From a virus (Duplodnaviria > Caudoviricetes): a stretch of 59,336 nucleotides of DNA. Below, one piece after another: positions 1 to 9,750 of the stretch (position 1 is its first letter; every line of letters starts with the position of its first letter). The stretch lies in IMG/VR virus record IMGVR_UViG_3300042507_008591, positions 1 to 59,336 of that record. The stretch is one strand, 5' to 3'. Under the pieces are notes generated by a model. That model saw nothing but the letters and a program-made list of their open reading frames with translations, was not told the origin of the DNA and did not search any database. The position numbers and the translations under genes are program-made.

Positions 1-320
1 TCTATTAGTTCAGCACCATATAGTCGTAACATTTGTTTTCTTTCCTCACTCATATTCGATGGCATAACAATCACACATTTAATACCATACATCGCACAGA
101 ACATAGCAAAAGAAATCCCTGCGTTTCCTGATGTTGCCTCCACAAGTGTACCCCCACTTTTTAATAAGTCATTCTCCATCGCCCTTTTTATAATATTACT
201 CATAGGTCTGTCCTTAATGGAACCCGATGGATTCATAAACTCCGCCTTTCCCCATATTCTTACTCCGTCAATATCTAAGGGCAACAAGGGAGTCTTTCCC
301 ACCATTAATTTGTTCTGCAT
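1..320 (-). CDS. cysK: Cysteine synthase family PLP enzyme, partial (runs off window start)
   Basis: Manual translation from ATG at 320: MQNKLMVGKTPLL...KAEFMNPSGSIKDR...VEATSGNAG...VMPSNMSEERKQMLRLYGAEL; PLP-lysine motif SxKDR and TSGN loop. Confidence 0.9.
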   Translation of the reverse strand, partial: MQNKLMVGKTPLLPLDIDGVRIWGKAEFMNPSGSIKDRPMSNIIKRAMENDLLKSGGTLVEATSGNAGISFAMFCAMYGIKCVIVMPSNMSEERKQMLRLYGAELI

Positions 321-369
321 ATTCAAATTATAAAATGAAAATATAGTAATGGGGAATTAGTGAGTAAAT

Positions 370-395
370 AAAAACCCCCACTTTTGGTGAGGGTT
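370..395 (-). terminator. Intrinsic terminator, dispersed CCCCCACTTTTGGTGAGGG family
   Basis: Minus strand reads AACCCTCAC-CAAAA-GTGGGGG-TTTTT just after the stop of 407-985. Confidence 0.8.
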
Positions 396-406
396 CTATT
401 GTCTCC

Positions 407-985
407 TTATTTTTCACTAAGTTTTTTCTTCTTATAGAAATTTGAAATGTTTTCTTTAAATCCTGTTCTTACCACCACTCTATATGCTTCAGGTTCTGAT
501 TTAGAAAATTCAGACATATTCTTGTATTTTGATGCAGATACAATCAATGTCTTCTCATCCCATTTTTTTTCGTTTTTAATCTTATCATGAAATTTGATAT
601 GAAGTCTTGCTTGGAATGTAAGACTAACAATCATAGACTCCATCAAAACTTTACTCATTGAAGTGTGAATAAAAATACTTGGTAGAATCTCTTTGATAGC
701 AGACTTTTTGTTTCTGTACGACTCTTTGAAGTTATTTAAATTTGTTTTTAGAGTTTCCCCGAATCCATTTATAATGTCTTCCATAAACTCTTCACCATAC
801 ATACCTGAAAGTAAGTCTGTGGCGTACTTAACATAGTTTTTTGTTAAATCCCCCTCGTTGTATGAAACTTTGATTTGGTCAGTGTTGCCGAGAATATCAG
901 ACAACGCATAATTGGTAATCTCAAATGAATCTTCACCGATATTCATCTGAACTTTTTCGATTAGTTGTACTAAATTTTTTGTCAT
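407..985 (-). CDS. Hypothetical protein
   Basis: 192-aa ORF followed by a terminator; no family recognised. Confidence 0.7.
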   Translation of the reverse strand: MTKNLVQLIEKVQMNIGEDSFEITNYALSDILGNTDQIKVSYNEGDLTKNYVKYATDLLSGMYGEEFMEDIINGFGETLKTNLNNFKESYRNKKSAIKEILPSIFIHTSMSKVLMESMIVSLTFQARLHIKFHDKIKNEKKWDEKTLIVSASKYKNMSEFSKSEPEAYRVVVRTGFKENISNFYKKKKLSEK

Positions 986-1095
986 ACTATAATGTTTTTT
1001 GATAACATATAAAATTATTATATTATGTAAAGTTTTTCGGTAAATTATTTTTGGTTTTTTATAAAAACATCCCCCTTAAATAGAAAAAATAGATG

Positions 1096-1470
1096 TCAAA
1101 AATCTATACCTGGTCCGAAAGTTCTTGTGTCTATAATTTCATTAACCTGAACAAATGAACTTGGAAGGAGTTTTTGTATATGATAATTTATTTCGGACAT
1201 AACATTATCAAAATCTCTTCTTTGACTATTAACAAAAATATTTACATAGATGACCGGTCGTGTAAAGTTAACGAATCGGTCTATTTCTATTTTTTCAATA
1301 GATTGAATTTCATCAAGTCCATCCATTTCACCAAGACCCCAATTTTCAGAATCTTCTCTTATTTGTTCTATGGTGTTATTAATCTTTTTTTGTAGAAAAT
1401 CAACAATCTTGGATTCATTGATAACCCCCATCACCTCTTGGATTCTTGATATTTGTTCCTGTAGATTCAT
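1096..1470 (-). CDS. Hypothetical protein with MNLQEQISRIQEVMG N-terminal motif
   Basis: 124-aa ORF, TATTTAT upstream; MNLQEQ also occurs in 25412-25987. Confidence 0.75.
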   Translation of the reverse strand: MNLQEQISRIQEVMGVINESKIVDFLQKKINNTIEQIREDSENWGLGEMDGLDEIQSIEKIEIDRFVNFTRPVIYVNIFVNSQRRDFDNVMSEINYHIQKLLPSSFVQVNEIIDTRTFGPGIDF

Positions 1471-1495
1471 TTAATAATAAATACCCTTATAAATG

Positions 1496-1520
1496 AAAAA
1501 CCCCCACTTTTGGTGAGAGT
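1496..1520 (-). terminator. Terminator-family hairpin
   Basis: AAAAACCCCCACTTTTGGTGAGAGT downstream of 1546-2142. Confidence 0.7.
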
Positions 1521-1545
1521 GCTCTATTAATACCCCCCAAACTTT

Positions 1546-2142
1546 TTATTGTAATTTAAATAAATCATTTCTTGTTAGGTCAGGATAATCTTCTACTGTA
1601 TCTTCATTATCCTTTGGCATTGATGACATTAACCACAATCCTTCCGCGGCATCAGGTGGTGTCATGTACATATTCCATCCCATAAACCTTATATTATCTT
1701 GGGTATATGGTATTTCATCCCTACCTTCGTGTCTTGCTTTCTTAAACCATTGGTACGCTTCTTCATTATCAGTTAGAATCATTCCACCCTTTCTCATTTT
1801 TAATATCTTCTTGGGATGAAACGATAAACACATGAATGCGTTTGGTATGTACATATTTGAAGTGAATCTTCTTGCGGAATCATAAATCGGATATGGTTTT
1901 AATTGATACAACCCTTTCCATTCCACATCATCAAAAGATAGTTTACCCCCTGATGCCATTACAGCTTGTGGAACCGATAAGTAAGTCTTCTTAGGTATTG
2001 TAACATTTTCTACATTCAAATATGTACAACATAAAAATAATGCATCAGTGCAATTATCTAATGCTACAGCATACGGAGCTCCTGTATATTCGGCAATCTC
2101 CTCCTCAAACATTTGTACTATCTTATATGGATTGTGTTTCAT
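1546..2142 (-). CDS. Short DegT/DnrJ/EryC1/StrS-family aminotransferase-like protein
   Basis: FEEEIAEYTGAPYAVALDNCTDAL, YDSA, SFHPKKIL..GG motifs; only 198 aa. Confidence 0.85.
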   Translation of the reverse strand: MKHNPYKIVQMFEEEIAEYTGAPYAVALDNCTDALFLCCTYLNVENVTIPKKTYLSVPQAVMASGGKLSFDDVEWKGLYQLKPYPIYDSARRFTSNMYIPNAFMCLSFHPKKILKMRKGGMILTDNEEAYQWFKKARHEGRDEIPYTQDNIRFMGWNMYMTPPDAAEGLWLMSSMPKDNEDTVEDYPDLTRNDLFKLQ

Positions 2143-2779
2143 TGTCTCTAATTATTTTACATGGATTACCGTAAGCAATTACGTTATCAGGAATGTCTTT
2201 TGTTACAACCGAACCCGCCCCTATTATGGAATTCTTTCCTATCTTTACCCCGTCAATTATATTTGCCCCCATTCCTATTGTGGTTCCTTCCCCTATTATT
2301 ACGTTACCTGCTATGTTTACACCTGGGTTAATTGAGGTGTAATTTTCTATTGTCGTGTGATGACCTATTGATACGTTTCTGTTTATAGTCACGTAATTTC
2401 CTATTATAGTATGAGCCGCTATGCTTACTAGTGAGTTAATCAGTATTCCCCTACCTAAAATAACTGTGTCACTCTTACTTAATGTTGAATGAATAACATT
2501 AGTGGCTTTGTTGATATCTAAGTTATATCTGTTTACCAAAGTTTTTTTTATTGATGGTTTGTAAACACCCAAACAAAATTGTGGATATTGATTTACATCA
2601 AGTTCAGTGAACATATTGATATTGAAACTTGGGTGGGATATTTTATTTAATATCTCTAAATTAAGATTATTGAACACATCTACTTCTCCAAATATTGCAT
2701 TGGAAGTTAAATTATCAAATATCATCGTGAGAATATTATCACCTTTCCCTACTATCAATAAGTTTGTTTCCATATCCAT
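2123..2779 (-). CDS. PglD/NeuD-like sugar acetyltransferase (hexapeptide repeats)
   Basis: Left-handed beta-helix repeats, SIGHH, IGAGSVVTKDIPDNVIAYGNPC. Confidence 0.9.
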   Translation of the reverse strand: MDMETNLLIVGKGDNILTMIFDNLTSNAIFGEVDVFNNLNLEILNKISHPSFNINMFTELDVNQYPQFCLGVYKPSIKKTLVNRYNLDINKATNVIHSTLSKSDTVILGRGILINSLVSIAAHTIIGNYVTINRNVSIGHHTTIENYTSINPGVNIAGNVIIGEGTTIGMGANIIDGVKIGKNSIIGAGSVVTKDIPDNVIAYGNPCKIIRDNETQSI

Positions 2780-3572
2780 TTTCTCTTAGTTCTTTTGATG
2801 ACACACACTCCATTTCCAATTCATCCATTATTCGATATGCTCGCTTGAGAAGTTCTATGTTGGTAGCCTTTATCTTACCTTTGTAATATAAATTATCTTC
2901 CAAACCAATTCTTATCCCATCAAACTCTAATAAACCAATTATATTGCTTTTTAATTGGTGATTTCCAATCCCACCTATACAAGTTGTAACATTATGTGGT
3001 ATAGCGCTTTTTATTGCCGCTAATGAGTTTAAATCACTTTGTGCATTATAGATATTACCCAAAATTACATTCATGTAAAATGGTGGCTTTAGTATGTTTT
3101 TTGAAATTAAGTATTTGGTGTAATTGACCATTCCGGAATCAAAACATTCAATTTCTGGTTGCACACCATATTCCCCCATTTTGGAAATTAAATTCAATAT
3201 CATCTCAGGTTGATTTGTTGATGTTCCACTTGGGAAGTTAAGTGATGACATCGTTAATGAACCCATATCTGGCAAGCATTCCAATACTTCCGTTCTCTGA
3301 CTGAGCTCAGGGAAATTCCTTCCCGTTAATGAAGCGCAAACCAAAAGCTCTGGACAGTATTTTCTTATCCCCTGAATAATCTGTCCGTAAATTTCTTTCT
3401 TGTATGTATTCGAAAAAGTTTCAGGGTCTCTGGCGTGTATGTGCGTTATACTTATACCAATCTCATAAGCTTGGTGCACTTCCTCAATTATCTCGTTGAG
3501 TTCAAGTGGTGCTAAAGAATTTTCTTTAGTGGGTTGCGTTCCAGTTGGAGTAAAATTAATTATCTTTTTCAT
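2739..3572 (-). CDS. 3-keto-5-aminohexanoate cleavage enzyme (BKACE) family
   Basis: TPTG..PTK, HIHARD metal motif, PEIECFDSG, RIGLEDNLY. Confidence 0.9.
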   Translation of the reverse strand: MKKIINFTPTGTQPTKENSLAPLELNEIIEEVHQAYEIGISITHIHARDPETFSNTYKKEIYGQIIQGIRKYCPELLVCASLTGRNFPELSQRTEVLECLPDMGSLTMSSLNFPSGTSTNQPEMILNLISKMGEYGVQPEIECFDSGMVNYTKYLISKNILKPPFYMNVILGNIYNAQSDLNSLAAIKSAIPHNVTTCIGGIGNHQLKSNIIGLLEFDGIRIGLEDNLYYKGKIKATNIELLKRAYRIMDELEMECVSSKELRENGYGNKLIDSRER

Positions 3573-4522
3573 CTGCTTTTGCTAAATGCATTTTGTTTGA
3601 AAGTTTCGAGTTCTTCTTTGTTATTTACCCGAAATTCGTAAATCATGGAGTTGTTTTGAAAAACCATTATGCTTTTGAAATCATCTATATCACACAATGT
3701 TCTTATGTGCCAATGGTGGGGTGGAACGATGATATTCTGAGTAAAATTCTCGTTGGTAATAACCATAACTTTTTCATTGTCACCCCATATGTTTCTGATG
3801 AAAAACTCAACCTTTTCTTTGAATGGATTATAAAACATTGTAAAATGTTTTTTTCTGTCTGAAACCTCTACCCCTGAAAGTTTTGTTTTGGTTGTTTTAC
3901 TTTCTAAGAATTTGACATTGAAATCTTTGAATATGTGTTTTGTATAATTTTCTAATGGAACGCACGGGAGATTTAACATGGTATTGTTCATATGCTCCTT
4001 ATCATAATTTTGGAAAGTGTCGGGTAAATTCGAAACATTAAATGATTTAAAACACCCTAATAAAAAACCATTTTTTGTACCATCACTTGTGTAAAAAACC
4101 GCATCATTATTTTGGAGATGTTCATTGTGTTCTTCAAATATTTTTTTATCCAATACTTGAGTGTCATATTCCAAATGGTGTAATCTTTCATACCCGAAGT
4201 TCTTTGCAATTTTTGAGCCCATTGAAAACATTCGGTAAATTGCAAATCCGTAAAAGTTTTTTGTTCTGTACTTAGACCATATTTCGAAGTCATCCGCTAT
4301 AAAATACTCAAAACTCCTTAAATTTGGGTCCTCACTCACATCATTTAGATGGTCGTAAAAATAATACTGACATAGTTTTTGAATTCTAAGTGGTGTGTGA
4401 CTGTGATTGATAAGCAAAATATCAAAACCAGTTTCTTTAACCGACAAAATTGTCTTTTCTAAAATCTCCTCATACTGAGGAGTTGGAGTAAAAGCTGTAA
4501 TTAAGATTAAATCTTTCATCAA
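3569..4522 (-). CDS. Hypothetical protein, possibly glycosyltransferase-like
   Basis: 317 aa, first gene of the sugar-modification operon; LEYD acidic motif. Confidence 0.55.
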   Translation of the reverse strand: MMKDLILITAFTPTPQYEEILEKTILSVKETGFDILLINHSHTPLRIQKLCQYYFYDHLNDVSEDPNLRSFEYFIADDFEIWSKYRTKNFYGFAIYRMFSMGSKIAKNFGYERLHHLEYDTQVLDKKIFEEHNEHLQNNDAVFYTSDGTKNGFLLGCFKSFNVSNLPDTFQNYDKEHMNNTMLNLPCVPLENYTKHIFKDFNVKFLESKTTKTKLSGVEVSDRKKHFTMFYNPFKEKVEFFIRNIWGDNEKVMVITNENFTQNIIVPPHHWHIRTLCDIDDFKSIMVFQNNSMIYEFRVNNKEELETFKQNAFSKSR

Positions 4523-4584
4523 GTATGTACGTAATAAAAAAATCTAATTGAAAACAACCCTTTCGTAAACCATTGCAAAATAAC

Positions 4585-4608
4585 AAACCCTCACTTTTGG
4601 TGAGGGTT
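4585..4608 (-). terminator. Terminator-family hairpin, possibly bidirectional
   Basis: AAACCCTCACTTTTGGTGAGGGTT, perfect stem. Confidence 0.8.
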
Positions 4609-4617
4609 CTTTTTTTA

Positions 4618-4989
4618 CTATTTGTTAAACGTGAGTGTTATATTACCCCCACTTTCAAATTCGTTCCACTGTAAGAGAGTTTCTCCACCGTTTGATGTCT
4701 GAGTCCATGTCTTACCGTTTGCGTCAGCCACCATCTCTATAGATTGGTCACCGTCCGCCATCCATCCGCGGTCTACATATACTCCCGCCTCAGGACCGAA
4801 TGAAAGGTTACCTTGCATATACCATACATTCTCTTGTACCCAAAACAAAAGACTCTTGGTATTGTGTACCTCAGTTGATGACCAACTGAATGTTGAGTTA
4901 GGTACCATCGTTGTATTACCAGGTCCTACTCCATCTATAGTCAGGTTGTATCCTGTATTATTATTGATTGTAATGTTTGCTTGCCACAT
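4618..4989 (-). CDS. Hypothetical beta-rich protein (start moved to MWQANI)
   Basis: TATTTAT motif lies between 5019 and 4989, favouring the ATG at 4989. Confidence 0.7.
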   Translation of the reverse strand: MWQANITINNNTGYNLTIDGVGPGNTTMVPNSTFSWSSTEVHNTKSLLFWVQENVWYMQGNLSFGPEAGVYVDRGWMADGDQSIEMVADANGKTWTQTSNGGETLLQWNEFESGGNITLTFNK

Positions 4990-5036
4990 AAGTTTTTCCC
5001 TATAAATATTTACCCCCACTTTTATGTCTGACCTAA

Positions 5037-5375
5037 TTACACTCTGTTGTAATCATCTTGTAATCTAACGATATCATCTTCTCCGAAGTATTCTCCCGTT
5101 TGAGTTTCAATGAACACCAAGGGATTGTTTTGTTTATTTTCTACTCTGTGGTGTGTACCCCTCGAGATTTGTATGTAATCATTCTTCTGAAGTTCATATA
5201 CCTCTTCGTTTATGGTTACCGTAGCAACCCCCTCTTTTACTCTCCAAAACTCGTCTCTTTTGAAATGATATTGAAGTGATAATCTTCCTCCTGAATTTAC
5301 AGTTATTCTCTTTAACTTACAATCCTCCCCATCGTGGAGAACTTCATAGTATCCCCATGGTCTTTCTTCTTTCAT
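5037..5375 (-). CDS. Mannose-6-phosphate isomerase type II C-terminal cupin
   Basis: ERPWG.Y, LSLQYH.KRDEFW, HRVEN, GEYFGEDDIVRLQDDY. Confidence 0.92.
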   Translation of the reverse strand: MKEERPWGYYEVLHDGEDCKLKRITVNSGGRLSLQYHFKRDEFWRVKEGVATVTINEEVYELQKNDYIQISRGTHHRVENKQNNPLVFIETQTGEYFGEDDIVRLQDDYNRV

Positions 5376-5404
5376 AAAATGTTAATTTATATCTTAAAGA
5401 ATTA

Positions 5405-5986
5405 TTAACCTCTCTTTAAAATCGTAAATCCATTATTATGTGTAAACCTCTCGGCTATTGACCAATGTGGATTGTCCAGCAAAAACTCCTCTACCGCCTT
5501 CCATATACCAATACCCTGTGGTTGCCAATCATCACCCCAATCCAAATAAGAATCTTCATCATAAGATTCGTAAGATGTTGTATCATGCAATACAATGTAT
5601 TTCGAAACCTTATCAGCATGCAGGTCCAATTCCGCTTTTAATTGTTTGTATGCGTGCCAAGTGTCAATAAAAAGGAGTTCCGTGGGTTCAATCTCCACCT
5701 GTAAAACATTCGCCAATGTGAAACTAAAATTGGTACCAAGGGCTTTGGCAGTATCCGCCAAATCCTCTAATGAACCCCCCAAATTGTCAGGATGCTGAAT
5801 ATCATAACATATCAAATGCTCAGGTTTGGTGTACAACCACCCCCATGTCGATACAATATTTCTAACACCCATCTCCGTGATGTGTTTGCATTCGCTACCA
5901 TAATTGATTATCGCATCGAAATGTTCATTAATGTCTGAGGGTGTAGACTTAAGCTCTTGAACCTTATGGTATATGTCGACAACCAT
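5405..5986 (-). CDS. Class I SAM methyltransferase-like (Methyltransf_24-type)
   Basis: EMGVR..VST, LLFIDTWH.Y.QL..EL, IVLHDT. Confidence 0.75.
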   Translation of the reverse strand: MVVDIYHKVQELKSTPSDINEHFDAIINYGSECKHITEMGVRNIVSTWGWLYTKPEHLICYDIQHPDNLGGSLEDLADTAKALGTNFSFTLANVLQVEIEPTELLFIDTWHAYKQLKAELDLHADKVSKYIVLHDTTSYESYDEDSYLDWGDDWQPQGIGIWKAVEEFLLDNPHWSIAERFTHNNGFTILKRG

Positions 5987-5993
5987 ATTTTTT

Positions 5994-6425
5994 TTAAATT
6001 AATTCGATTGTGTTAATTTTATCTCCTTGAGCGATTTGGTCGATGATATCTAAACCCTCCACTACTTTACCGAAACAAGTGTGGTTACCATCCAAATGTT
6101 GTGTAACCTGACGGTTATGACAAATGAAAAACTGTGAACCTCCTGTGTTTCTTCCAGCGTGAGCCATTGACAATACTCCCTTATCATGGAACTGATTCGG
6201 AGCTGTTACCTCACATTGAATATTGTATCCAGGCCCTCCTCTTCCTGTTCCCTCAGGACATCCACCTTGAATCATGAAGTTTGGAATCACTCGGTGGAAA
6301 TTGAGTCCGTTGTAGAACCCTTTATTAATTAAATCAAGAAAGTTCTTGACGGTGATGGGAGTCGCCTCATCGTATAATTCAGCAATCATGTCTCCCTTGA
6401 CAGTGGAAATTTTAACTCTACTCAT
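5994..6425 (-). CDS. ppiA: Cyclophilin-type peptidyl-prolyl isomerase
   Basis: FHRVIPNFMIQGG, LSMAHAGRNTGGSQFFI, HLDGNHTCFGKV. Confidence 0.93.
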   Translation of the reverse strand: MSRVKISTVKGDMIAELYDEATPITVKNFLDLINKGFYNGLNFHRVIPNFMIQGGCPEGTGRGGPGYNIQCEVTAPNQFHDKGVLSMAHAGRNTGGSQFFICHNRQVTQHLDGNHTCFGKVVEGLDIIDQIAQGDKINTIELI

Positions 6426-6454
6426 ATTCTTTTTTTTAAAGTATAAACAAACTA

Positions 6455-6949
6455 TTAATCACAGACAACCCCTTCTTCAAAATACACTCTTTTGTTCACC
6501 CCCACCATTTGTTTGTACCATCTACCTTCACCATCCATCCAAATGTATGGGTCATCAGGGTTTTCAGGCCATCCTTGTGCTGAGTAGTACCCATAGTCTT
6601 TACGAAGTAAGTTTGCCCTGTGAGACGAATGGAACTCTTCGTTACCGAGCCAATGTGGTAAAACAAAATCCCCAAGGATTGGTTCGTACTCCATTGTATT
6701 CTTGAACCCACGGTCCTTCCACTCATCAATACAATCGTTGTAGTACATCTTCAGAGCATTGACGTAATCTCTCCACATAACCGAACAAGGATGTGATACC
6801 CACCCCTTATATGGATTACCGTCTTTACGTGGACGTTGAGTAATGGCAGAGATAATCTGATAAGCTTCGACTCGTTGTTTGCCGAGTCGTTTGTTATCCA
6901 AAGCCCTTAAAGATAACCTAAAATCAGAATACGGGAGAAAGGTCTGCAT
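6455..6949 (-). CDS. MSMEG_6728 / pyrimidine-dimer DNA glycosylase-like protein
   Basis: MQTFLPY, LDNKRLGKQRVEAYQI, HP...MW, FHSSHRANLLRKD. Confidence 0.85.
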   Translation of the reverse strand: MQTFLPYSDFRLSLRALDNKRLGKQRVEAYQIISAITQRPRKDGNPYKGWVSHPCSVMWRDYVNALKMYYNDCIDEWKDRGFKNTMEYEPILGDFVLPHWLGNEEFHSSHRANLLRKDYGYYSAQGWPENPDDPYIWMDGEGRWYKQMVGVNKRVYFEEGVVCD

Positions 6950-7220
6950 TTTTGGTGAGTTTCTTGTATGTTAAAAAACCTTCAATATCACGGATAATTT
7001 GATTGAGAATCTCGTAACGTTTGTAACCACGAACAATACTTCCCGTGGCGAAATACAACATACCATTCTTCTCTTTTAAATGAACAATCACTCCATTTGA
7101 GAGAACAATCTTCTTCTTAGTACGTTTGACACAAACAACCTTGGTGTCTACAGAAGTCTTGTATCCTTTACCTTCTTTGAGGTGGTAAAGGAAAATGTGG
7201 GCTTTGGTGTACATATCCAT
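6924..7220 (-). CDS. Hypothetical basic protein (start moved to 7220)
   Basis: TACATTTG-N4-ATG promoter junction at 7220. Confidence 0.65.
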   Translation of the reverse strand: MDMYTKAHIFLYHLKEGKGYKTSVDTKVVCVKRTKKKIVLSNGVIVHLKEKNGMLYFATGSIVRGYKRYEILNQIIRDIEGFLTYKKLTKNADLSPVF

Positions 7221-7261
7221 AAGACAAATGTACAACAAAAATTTGATTTAGAACAAAAATT

Positions 7262-7840
7262 CTATCTTAATCCCAATTTTCTTAAGAAACTTTTCCAATT
7301 CTCTCGACGTCTTCTCATCCTCACAAGTCTAGCTCTTGCGCTCCCTCCTTGACAACCGGTTGCTTTGGAGGCAATTCTACCATATCTTCTGCGTCGTCCT
7401 CCACCTGAGCCACCTCTGTTATTTCCCAATGAGTTGATGATTTTACTTAAAATACTAATTGCCAACAGTCCCAAAACACCATGGACAGCTGCGGTAGGAA
7501 CTTCCACCCCACCGATGTTTGTTACCCTTTCGAAGTATGGTGTAGATTGTTCTTTAATATTTCTAAGAGATATAATTTTCTTTAACTCATCTCTTAATTG
7601 GTCAGGGCTCATCTGTGATAAATTACTCAAAACCCGAGATAATAAACTTTTGTTTTTCGGGTCTTGAACTTGAGCGAGAATCTCTTCATCAGGTATTTCC
7701 CCACCTAAATCTTCGACATCAACTTCTACCACTCCGCTTAGTAGGTCGTTGAGTTCATCGAGTTCATCTTGAAGACAAACATCGGTGTCTTGTTCATTCA
7801 ACAATTTATTGTATTGAGATTCAGAAATAATGTATTTCAT
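7262..7840 (-). CDS. Hypothetical protein: MKYIISESQ N-terminus, acidic N-half, hydrophobic segment, Arg-rich tail
   Basis: Translation composition. Confidence 0.7.
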   Translation of the reverse strand: MKYIISESQYNKLLNEQDTDVCLQDELDELNDLLSGVVEVDVEDLGGEIPDEEILAQVQDPKNKSLLSRVLSNLSQMSPDQLRDELKKIISLRNIKEQSTPYFERVTNIGGVEVPTAAVHGVLGLLAISILSKIINSLGNNRGGSGGGRRRRYGRIASKATGCQGGSARARLVRMRRRRENWKSFLRKLGLR

Positions 7841-7861
7841 AGTTTTTTTGTTTGATAATTA

Positions 7862-8101
7862 TTATTCTTTCTTTTCGTCTTTTTTCATCATGATTCTCTC
7901 GATTGAAGTGAGCCCTAAAAGTGAACCAACCAAAAACGCGAGAGTTGTATACATGTATTCAGGTGTTGTGCCATTCTTAATGGTTGAAATATAAGTCAAA
8001 ATAATAAGATTTAACAAGGTAACAATCCCTGAAAATCTTTTTGATGAAACGGCAGTCCCTTCACTCAAAAGTTGATTAAAGAATTGTCTTAATCTCTCCA
8101 T
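7862..8101 (-). CDS. Small two-TM protein, holin-like
   Basis: 79 aa, SSKRF before TM1, charged C-terminal tail; the holin role is inference. Confidence 0.55.
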   Translation of the reverse strand: MERLRQFFNQLLSEGTAVSSKRFSGIVTLLNLIILTYISTIKNGTTPEYMYTTLAFLVGSLLGLTSIERIMMKKDEKKE

Positions 8102-8150
8102 AGTTATTGGTATTTATCAATAAATATTTTTCTAAAGGTATTTATTTAAT

Positions 8151-8531
8151 ATGAAATATATTATATCCGAATCTCAACACAAAAGACTTCGAGAATTCTA
8201 TAACGATGAAGAAGAAAATAACGTTTTAGGGAATCCGAGTGATGATACTTTGATGGTTGCCGATTTTCTTTTAAGATACGATTTGGTTGACCCAAGAAGT
8301 TTATTGATAATGGATGATGAAATTCAAGTATTTGGTTTTGAAGGGCAAGAATTCCCTTACTTCAATGACAACTACGTTTCATTTCATGTTTCTAACAACA
8401 GAGGAAATATTGATATTGAAGTAGAATTCCCAAGATATGAAAACGAGGAACTCGGAGGACTCGATGAGGTTATTCAATACATTAATCAAATCGCCGAGAA
8501 CTACTCTATCTTTAATTGGATTATGGATTAA
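8151..8531 (+). CDS. Hypothetical acidic protein, MKYIISESQ N-terminus
   Basis: TATTTAT at 8139-8145; first 9 aa identical to 7262-7840. Confidence 0.75.
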   Translation: MKYIISESQHKRLREFYNDEEENNVLGNPSDDTLMVADFLLRYDLVDPRSLLIMDDEIQVFGFEGQEFPYFNDNYVSFHVSNNRGNIDIEVEFPRYENEELGGLDEVIQYINQIAENYSIFNWIMD

Positions 8532-8547
8532 CAAAATATTTATGATT

Positions 8548-8868
8548 ATGAGAACTATTGTCATAACTGAATCCCAACTGAAAAAACTGATGGAAGATTC
8601 CTCTGAAATGAACTATCCCAAAGTGGAGGACCGATTCAATACATTTCTGACAAGACTTTCCAAGGGCGAATTGGAAAACGCATTCTACACTTTGAGGAAT
8701 CATCCAATGATGGGTAAAGTAATCAATGTTTACGTAACAGTTAATTGGGATGAAATAAGACCTTCTGACTACGATTACATTGAAGAATACTTAGAAAGAA
8801 AGTATTCAAAGTACATAAGGGAGTTTCTTGACATTCCAACACACAGAGTTTTATTTGAAGTAAATTAA
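8548..8868 (+). CDS. Hypothetical protein, MRTIVITESQLKKL N-terminus
   Basis: Start moved on the basis of the TATTTAT motif and the N-terminal motif. Confidence 0.7.
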   Translation: MRTIVITESQLKKLMEDSSEMNYPKVEDRFNTFLTRLSKGELENAFYTLRNHPMMGKVINVYVTVNWDEIRPSDYDYIEEYLERKYSKYIREFLDIPTHRVLFEVN

Positions 8869-8872
8869 AAAA

Positions 8873-8995
8873 ATGGCAAAATCACGTAAATCTTTACCAA
8901 AACCGACTAACAAAAAAACGGTAAACGAAAGAAACAAGAAACAAGTTTTGAATCTTGAGGTTATCAATCGTTTGATGAAGGAAGTTAAAGGTTAA
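8873..8995 (+). CDS. Small basic protein (40 aa), not in ORF track
   Basis: MAKSRKSLPKPTNKKTVNERNKKQVLNLEVINRLMKEVKG fills the gap between genes. Confidence 0.6.
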   Translation: MAKSRKSLPKPTNKKTVNERNKKQVLNLEVINRLMKEVKG

Positions 8996-9281
8996 TTTTC
9001 ACCCTTTTTTCGGGGTCTTTCCACCATCCTATTTTTTTACTGAGTTGTTCTAAGCATTCGGTGATATTGCCCTTGTAATGTAACACTTGTCTACCGTCAA
9101 CTTTCATCCAACAACTTGTATCAAATTCATTTTTTCGTTTCTCTAAACGGATGTTGAGTCCTTCTCCTTTAATTTCGACCAACATTAGTTCTGAATCTGT
9201 CAAATATCTTGATTCGAACTTGGGTAGTTGTTCACTAACCGACCAACTAAAAGACCTCTGAACAATATCAAAGTTTTCCAT
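8985..9281 (-). CDS. Hypothetical protein
   Basis: Likely ATG at 9281 (MENFDI) after a promoter-like sequence. Confidence 0.6.
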   Translation of the reverse strand: MENFDIVQRSFSWSVSEQLPKFESRYLTDSELMLVEIKGEGLNIRLEKRKNEFDTSCWMKVDGRQVLHYKGNITECLEQLSKKIGWWKDPEKRVKINL

Positions 9282-9354
9282 AACCAAAATATAATCACTG
9301 AAAATTGATTTTGAATAGGTTGAAGACAAAAAAATTTATAATTATATTTGGGAT

Positions 9355-9750
9355 ATGAATAGATGGTCTGAATTTTTTGTTTTATTGGCAATCGGGATAT
9401 TCCTATTGATTGGTGCCAGTAAATTACGTATAGAGGAAGGTGAACTCCCTGAAAGGATTGTCGAGTCAGACCCTTATGAAAATTTAGAAGACAAACCAAC
9501 CTATGAGGAAGAAGTTCTTCGTGAGTATCATGTTGTGGTGGGTTCATTCACGGACGAGTTGAACGCTCAAAATTACATTAAAGAACTCGAACTCATGGGT
9601 TATGAAGGTAAAATCCTTGTCTCAGACGACTTTCTCTACCGAGTTAGTATCTTTTCTTCAGACGTAAGAGAAGATTGTTCTCAGTTTAAGGAAGATGGTC
9701 CTATTGAGTTGAGAATGTGGATTCTCTATGAACCCTTAGGAATTGATTAG
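9355..9750 (+). CDS. Membrane-anchored SPOR (peptidoglycan-binding) domain protein
   Basis: N-terminal TM; YHVVVGSF....NA......L...G......LYRV. Confidence 0.8.
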   Translation: MNRWSEFFVLLAIGIFLLIGASKLRIEEGELPERIVESDPYENLEDKPTYEEEVLREYHVVVGSFTDELNAQNYIKELELMGYEGKILVSDDFLYRVSIFSSDVREDCSQFKEDGPIELRMWILYEPLGID

